DNA of 63,035 nucleotides, filler included, from Rhabdomonas costata (Eukaryota): NCBI GenBank assembly GCA_019059605.1. It is 46 parts of 46 records of this genome, joined end to end, with 100 filler letters (N's around TTAATTAATTAA, not from the genome) between each part and the next. Parts side by side here need not be neighbours in the genome. Positions count along the whole stretch, not along the records: positions 61,764 to 63,035 come from JAHMHO010021144.1; 45 more parts are not named here. One strand, 5' to 3'. Shown piece by piece: positions 62,978 to 63,035 of this stretch (position 1 is its first letter; each line of letters starts with the position of its first letter). The notes under the pieces were generated by a model. It saw only the letters and a program-made list of their open reading frames with translations, ran no database searches and was not told where the DNA came from. The position numbers and the translations under genes were made by a program.

Positions 62978-63035
62978 CTTGCAAGAATGGAGGAGGTGGA
63001 TCGCCTGAGTTTTCCAACTCAGTCATTTGCGTTGG

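Noticed and set aside
1-63035. Nonconventional (non-GT-AG) euglenid-type introns
   Set aside because: Every junction I could anchor by homology is GT-AG. Others cannot be called without transcripts.

Overview
This window is not one continuous locus. It is 46 unrelated contigs of about 1.27 kb each, joined by an artificial 100-nt spacer (N44-TTAATTAATTAA-N44), so gene adjacency across spacers means nothing. Most contig ends carry G/T-only (5') or C/A-only (3') tails, and there is one Illumina adapter remnant and several terminal fold-backs, which points to a whole-genome-amplified draft assembly. The DNA is from an intron-rich flagellated eukaryote using the standard code. Recognisable spliced gene fragments: LMBR1-domain protein, voltage-gated channel, ankyrin proteins, SNF1/AMPK-like kinase, DnaJ, cyclin, DNA-PKcs, class III cyclase, Cache/HAMP receptor, CUE protein, CFAP20, EGF-like surface protein, axonemal dynein heavy chain, acyl-protein thioesterase, Moco-sulfurase-like protein, mitochondrial carrier, disintegrin-repeat protein, IPT/TIG protein, PDI-like protein and COMMD3, plus a decayed Ty3/gypsy pol. 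The gene content and AG acceptors just before start codons suggest a euglenozoan, probably a euglenid (inference only). Best leads: (1) a NACHT-pentapeptide NLR-like gene and an R-S-E ADP-ribosyltransferase, both with unusually long exons; (2) a G|GTNTGY donor consensus with U at +4; (3) inverted duplications that copy 3' splice sites. No complete new system can be demonstrated from these fragments, and all family calls are by-eye motif recognition without database searches.
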